From Camelus dromedarius (lineage: Eukaryota), in assembly GCF_036321535.1 (NCBI RefSeq), contig NC_087436.1, positions 118,918,001 through 118,982,000 of the forward strand: a DNA stretch of 64,000 nucleotides. Reading direction: 5' to 3'. The notes beneath the pieces were generated by a model. That model saw only the letters and a program-made list of their open reading frames with translations, was not told the origin of the DNA and did not search any database. Numbering within the stretch: the first letter of the stretch is position 1; each line of letters starts with the position of its first letter. The position numbers and the translations under genes are program-made. Positions 60,965-64,000 of the stretch are shown piece by piece.

Positions 60965-63444
60965 CATTTTCAATGTAACGTTTGTTATTTTATTGGAAAA
61001 AGCTGGTATTAACATATTTATAATTTTATTCAACAGTTGGATAACCTGTGAGACACCAAAGAAAACAAAAATGCACCTATGAGTTACGGAGTCCAACAAG
61101 GGCAGGTCTGTCTACGCTGGTACCGTGTACCCAGCGCCTCCGAGCGCCCAGTCCTCAGCAAGTACTGAAATAGAAACAAAAACCACCGAACAACTTCACA
61201 ATGACTCTGTGAACGCCCATACATTCAATAAGAGCAGAAAAGGTAAACAGAGGAAGGAAGCGAAGTCTGTGACTATTTTACTGGTCCTTCTGCCATTGCT
61301 AGTTCTGCCCCTCTCCCCACAGCATCTTTTCTCAACACACATGTTATTCACAATATGCTTTGGACACTCTTATTGTCCAGGGATCCAAAGACATGCTTTT
61401 TCATCCAAGAAGATCTTTTTCTTTCTTTTCTCTCTTTTTTTTTTTTTTCTTTTTTGGCTTGATATCCAAAGTCTAAAACAGAGCAAGGAACCAGGAACTG
61501 TAGTAAGACCTCCTTTCAAATACAGTGGAAGATCTGTACCTTGTAGGAATGGTAAATGTTAAATCTATGATCTGACAGTAACCTCTAGCTGCAAATGTAA
61601 GTTTCCTCTCAGCATCTGAATCACAAAGGGAAATGGATTGCGCCAAATATCCCAGTAATTGTGTAAGGCCCTCAGAGCTGGATTTTGGCTTCAAATTTCT
61701 ATACAATTTACCACATTCTTGAACCTCTTTACAAGGGAAAGAAAAAGGGATCCAATCCTGTGATTGTTAATTTTAATTAGAATAGATATGTACATATAAT
61801 ACTGTCCAGGTCACCTGGATTTTACAGTGGTATATAAACAAACATTCTTCATTCATGTTGACTTAAAAAAAAACCAATAAGCCATCTCCTTGTGTAATTA
61901 TCGTATGGCTGGAAGTGAGTGCACATGCGTTTTGTGTTCTGACACACAAGTATATTGTTATCCGTTGAGAAAAATCTCAGGTTGGGTCTATTTCCTGGGT
62001 TAGGTTACATTTTGTTAAAAAAAAAAAAAAGGTGGATTCCGTCAGGCCTCTGCACTCTGTTTTCTGAATCAAAATGCAAGCCACGTGGTTCTGCTACAGT
62101 TCCAAGGACAAAGACAAGGGGGTGTGGCCGGCAAGGGAGCCCCCCCAGAGCCGGAGGAACTGTTCTGGAGACACCACATCCTCCGTGGCCCTCAGGTAAG
62201 TGTCCTCTGAGACTGTGAGTCGTTAAAGAAAAGCTATCCTCAAATGGTCATAACATGCAATTTTCTTTTGGAGGCAGTTTAGTGCAGCTGGAAGAGGGCT
62301 GGGGTACAGATGTGGGATGGAGATAGGGTGGGGTTCCTCATTACCAAACAGGTGAGGAGCCACCAGGGGTCTCCTCCATTCTCCCCGGGCCCTCCCCGTC
62401 CCACCTGCTCTGCCTGCTTCACAAGATGAAGAGACGTCTTCAGAACCTTCCAGGCTAGAACGCTGCTTTAACGTGCATCCCCTACGTGGTGGGTTGGACA
62501 GCGCCTTGTGGGAGGGAGGGGACGAGATTCCTGACTCCTCCGCTTGGTTGGCGCACGCCTTGGGCCTCAGTTTCTGCATGTGTACAATGGGGATGACGAG
62601 TTATTCACCTTTAATCCCTGGCACCTGGCCCAGAGCCTGGCACTCAGCGAGCTGTTGGCATTCATGGAAGAAATGAATGGGCCCCCACTTCACGGGGTCA
62701 GGATGAAGATTCAGAAAGATCATGGACGGAGCCAGTAGAGTTCCCACCAGGATGACAGGAGAGCTGGCAGAGCGGCTGCAGGGAGTAGACCATGGACCTG
62801 AAGGGCCGGCGCTGCGCAGGGCAAGCGGCAGATGCTGGGCGAAGGGTGGCTCAAAGGAGGCTAAGAGACACACACCCACATCCCCACCTCAAGAAACTGT
62901 AACCGACCTGGGATAGTGAAAGACATTTACATAACCCCAAAGAGGACTCTGCAGGTGCTCAGCATGAATTCACGATCCAAAAAGCAAAAAGGTGAGACCC
63001 TTAGCTCCGAGACAGTGGAAATTGCTCCATTGATCATCAAAAGAATCCCTGGCTGGCTTGTTTGAGCTTCGTTATCTGTCCCCGGAGCCCTGATCTGGGG
63101 CCAGGGAGGCGCGTGACAGAAACAGCTCCCGGGGCTCCCGCGTCCCCAGAAAGGAACCGCTGTGGTGAAGAATGAACGCGCAGACGTCCAAATCCTAATG
63201 CCGTGGGAAAGACTGCGCGCGGTTAAAGCACGGGATGAAAGAGGTGAACTTCAAGGCCGACAGTCGCGTCGGTTTACGATGATTCGTAGCTGTGAATCCT
63301 TTTTTTCCTGGTTTTATTAGACAACCCCCAGCAAAGGCGGTCCGGCCTCGGCCTCGGGACGCGGGAGGGGCAGCCCGGCGCCCCCTGGTGGCCGCTCGGC
63401 GCGTGGCCGTCGGACGGTCGCGCGGGGACGGCCCCGCGGGGCGC
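60965..63444 (-). other. PPP2R2C: PPP2R2C 3' UTR (~2.5 kb)
   Basis: AT-rich, largely repeat-poor distal segment ending at minus-strand AATAAA motifs. End inferred. Confidence 0.65.
60989..61030 (-). terminator. PPP2R2C: PPP2R2C distal polyadenylation signals
   Basis: tttatt on + (AATAAA on -) at 60989-60994 and 61025-61030. Confidence 0.65.
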
Positions 63445-63736
63445 CTAGTGCATGTCCGAGTTCACCTTGTCCTGGAAAATATACAGGTTGTTGGTGGCCG
63501 CGATGGCGATGATGTTCTCGGCCGGGTGCCAGGCCGTGTGCAGGATCTTCTTGGTGAAGTCCAAGCTGTCCACGCTGATGTCGTCCCGCCGGCGCTTGCC
63601 GCCCACGCACACACGCCGCGGCTTGAGCACCGCGCGGGGCTTGCTGCTCTCCCGCGACGCCTCCAGGGTCACGTCCCGCTTGGTGTTGCGGTCAAACATG
63701 CGGAAGAAGTTGTTGTAGGCCCCGGTCATGATGACG
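63445..63736 (-). CDS. PPP2R2C: PP2A regulatory subunit B55-gamma, last coding exon (upstream exons lie beyond the window)
   Basis: Minus-strand acceptor ctccttctcccaccag|C. Translates (S)[96 protein letters not shown]. The C-terminus is that of the gamma paralog, and WFS1-PPP2R2C tail-to-tail synteny is established. Confidence 0.96.
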
Positions 63737-64000
63737 CTGGTGGGAGAAGGAGAGGCGTCAGGCGGGGCCACGCAAGAAAGAAGAAATACCCGGGGCTGCA
63801 GGGCCATCTCCCCAGGACGGGAGCCCGGGGAGCAGACGGAGCCACGCCTGCCTCCGTCCCCACTTCCTCTGGGCGTCTCCTGTCCTCCCTCATCTCGGCA
63901 GCCTCAGCACACAGGCTCAGAGCCAGGGGCCGAGACCCCGTTAATACTCTGCCCCAAACATTATAAAAACATTCTCTTGGACTTCGCCCTTGAGTCCAGG

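Noticed and set aside
63292..63966. 224-aa + strand ORF
   Set aside because: It is the antisense shadow of the GC-rich PPP2R2C last exon.

Overview
This is mammalian genomic DNA, probably from a camelid, judged by a tRNA-Ala-like Vic-1-type SINE at about 23.6 kb. It holds the complete WFS1 (wolframin) gene on the + strand: a CpG-island promoter and non-coding exon 1 at about 20.4-20.9 kb, coding exons 2-8 from 28110 to 48488 (2670-nt CDS, 889 aa, all GT-AG introns, frame consistent across junctions) and a poly(A) signal at 49209. Converging on it from the right is the last coding exon and ~2.5-kb 3' UTR of PPP2R2C (PP2A B55-gamma) on the - strand. The rest is intronic or intergenic DNA with L1, L2, MIR, MaLR/ERV LTR and hAT fossils, several of them nested. 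Almost all ORFs in the track are chance ORFs in GC-rich DNA. I found no convincing new gene system. The best leads are an apparent N-glycosylation-site turnover in the wolframin lumenal domain, an ERSE-like promoter element, a near-perfect CTCF motif in the PPP2R2C 3' UTR, and nested insertions with readable target-site duplications (TSDs). Comparisons with human and mouse sequence are from memory and need alignment. Repeat family names are pattern-based, not database calls.
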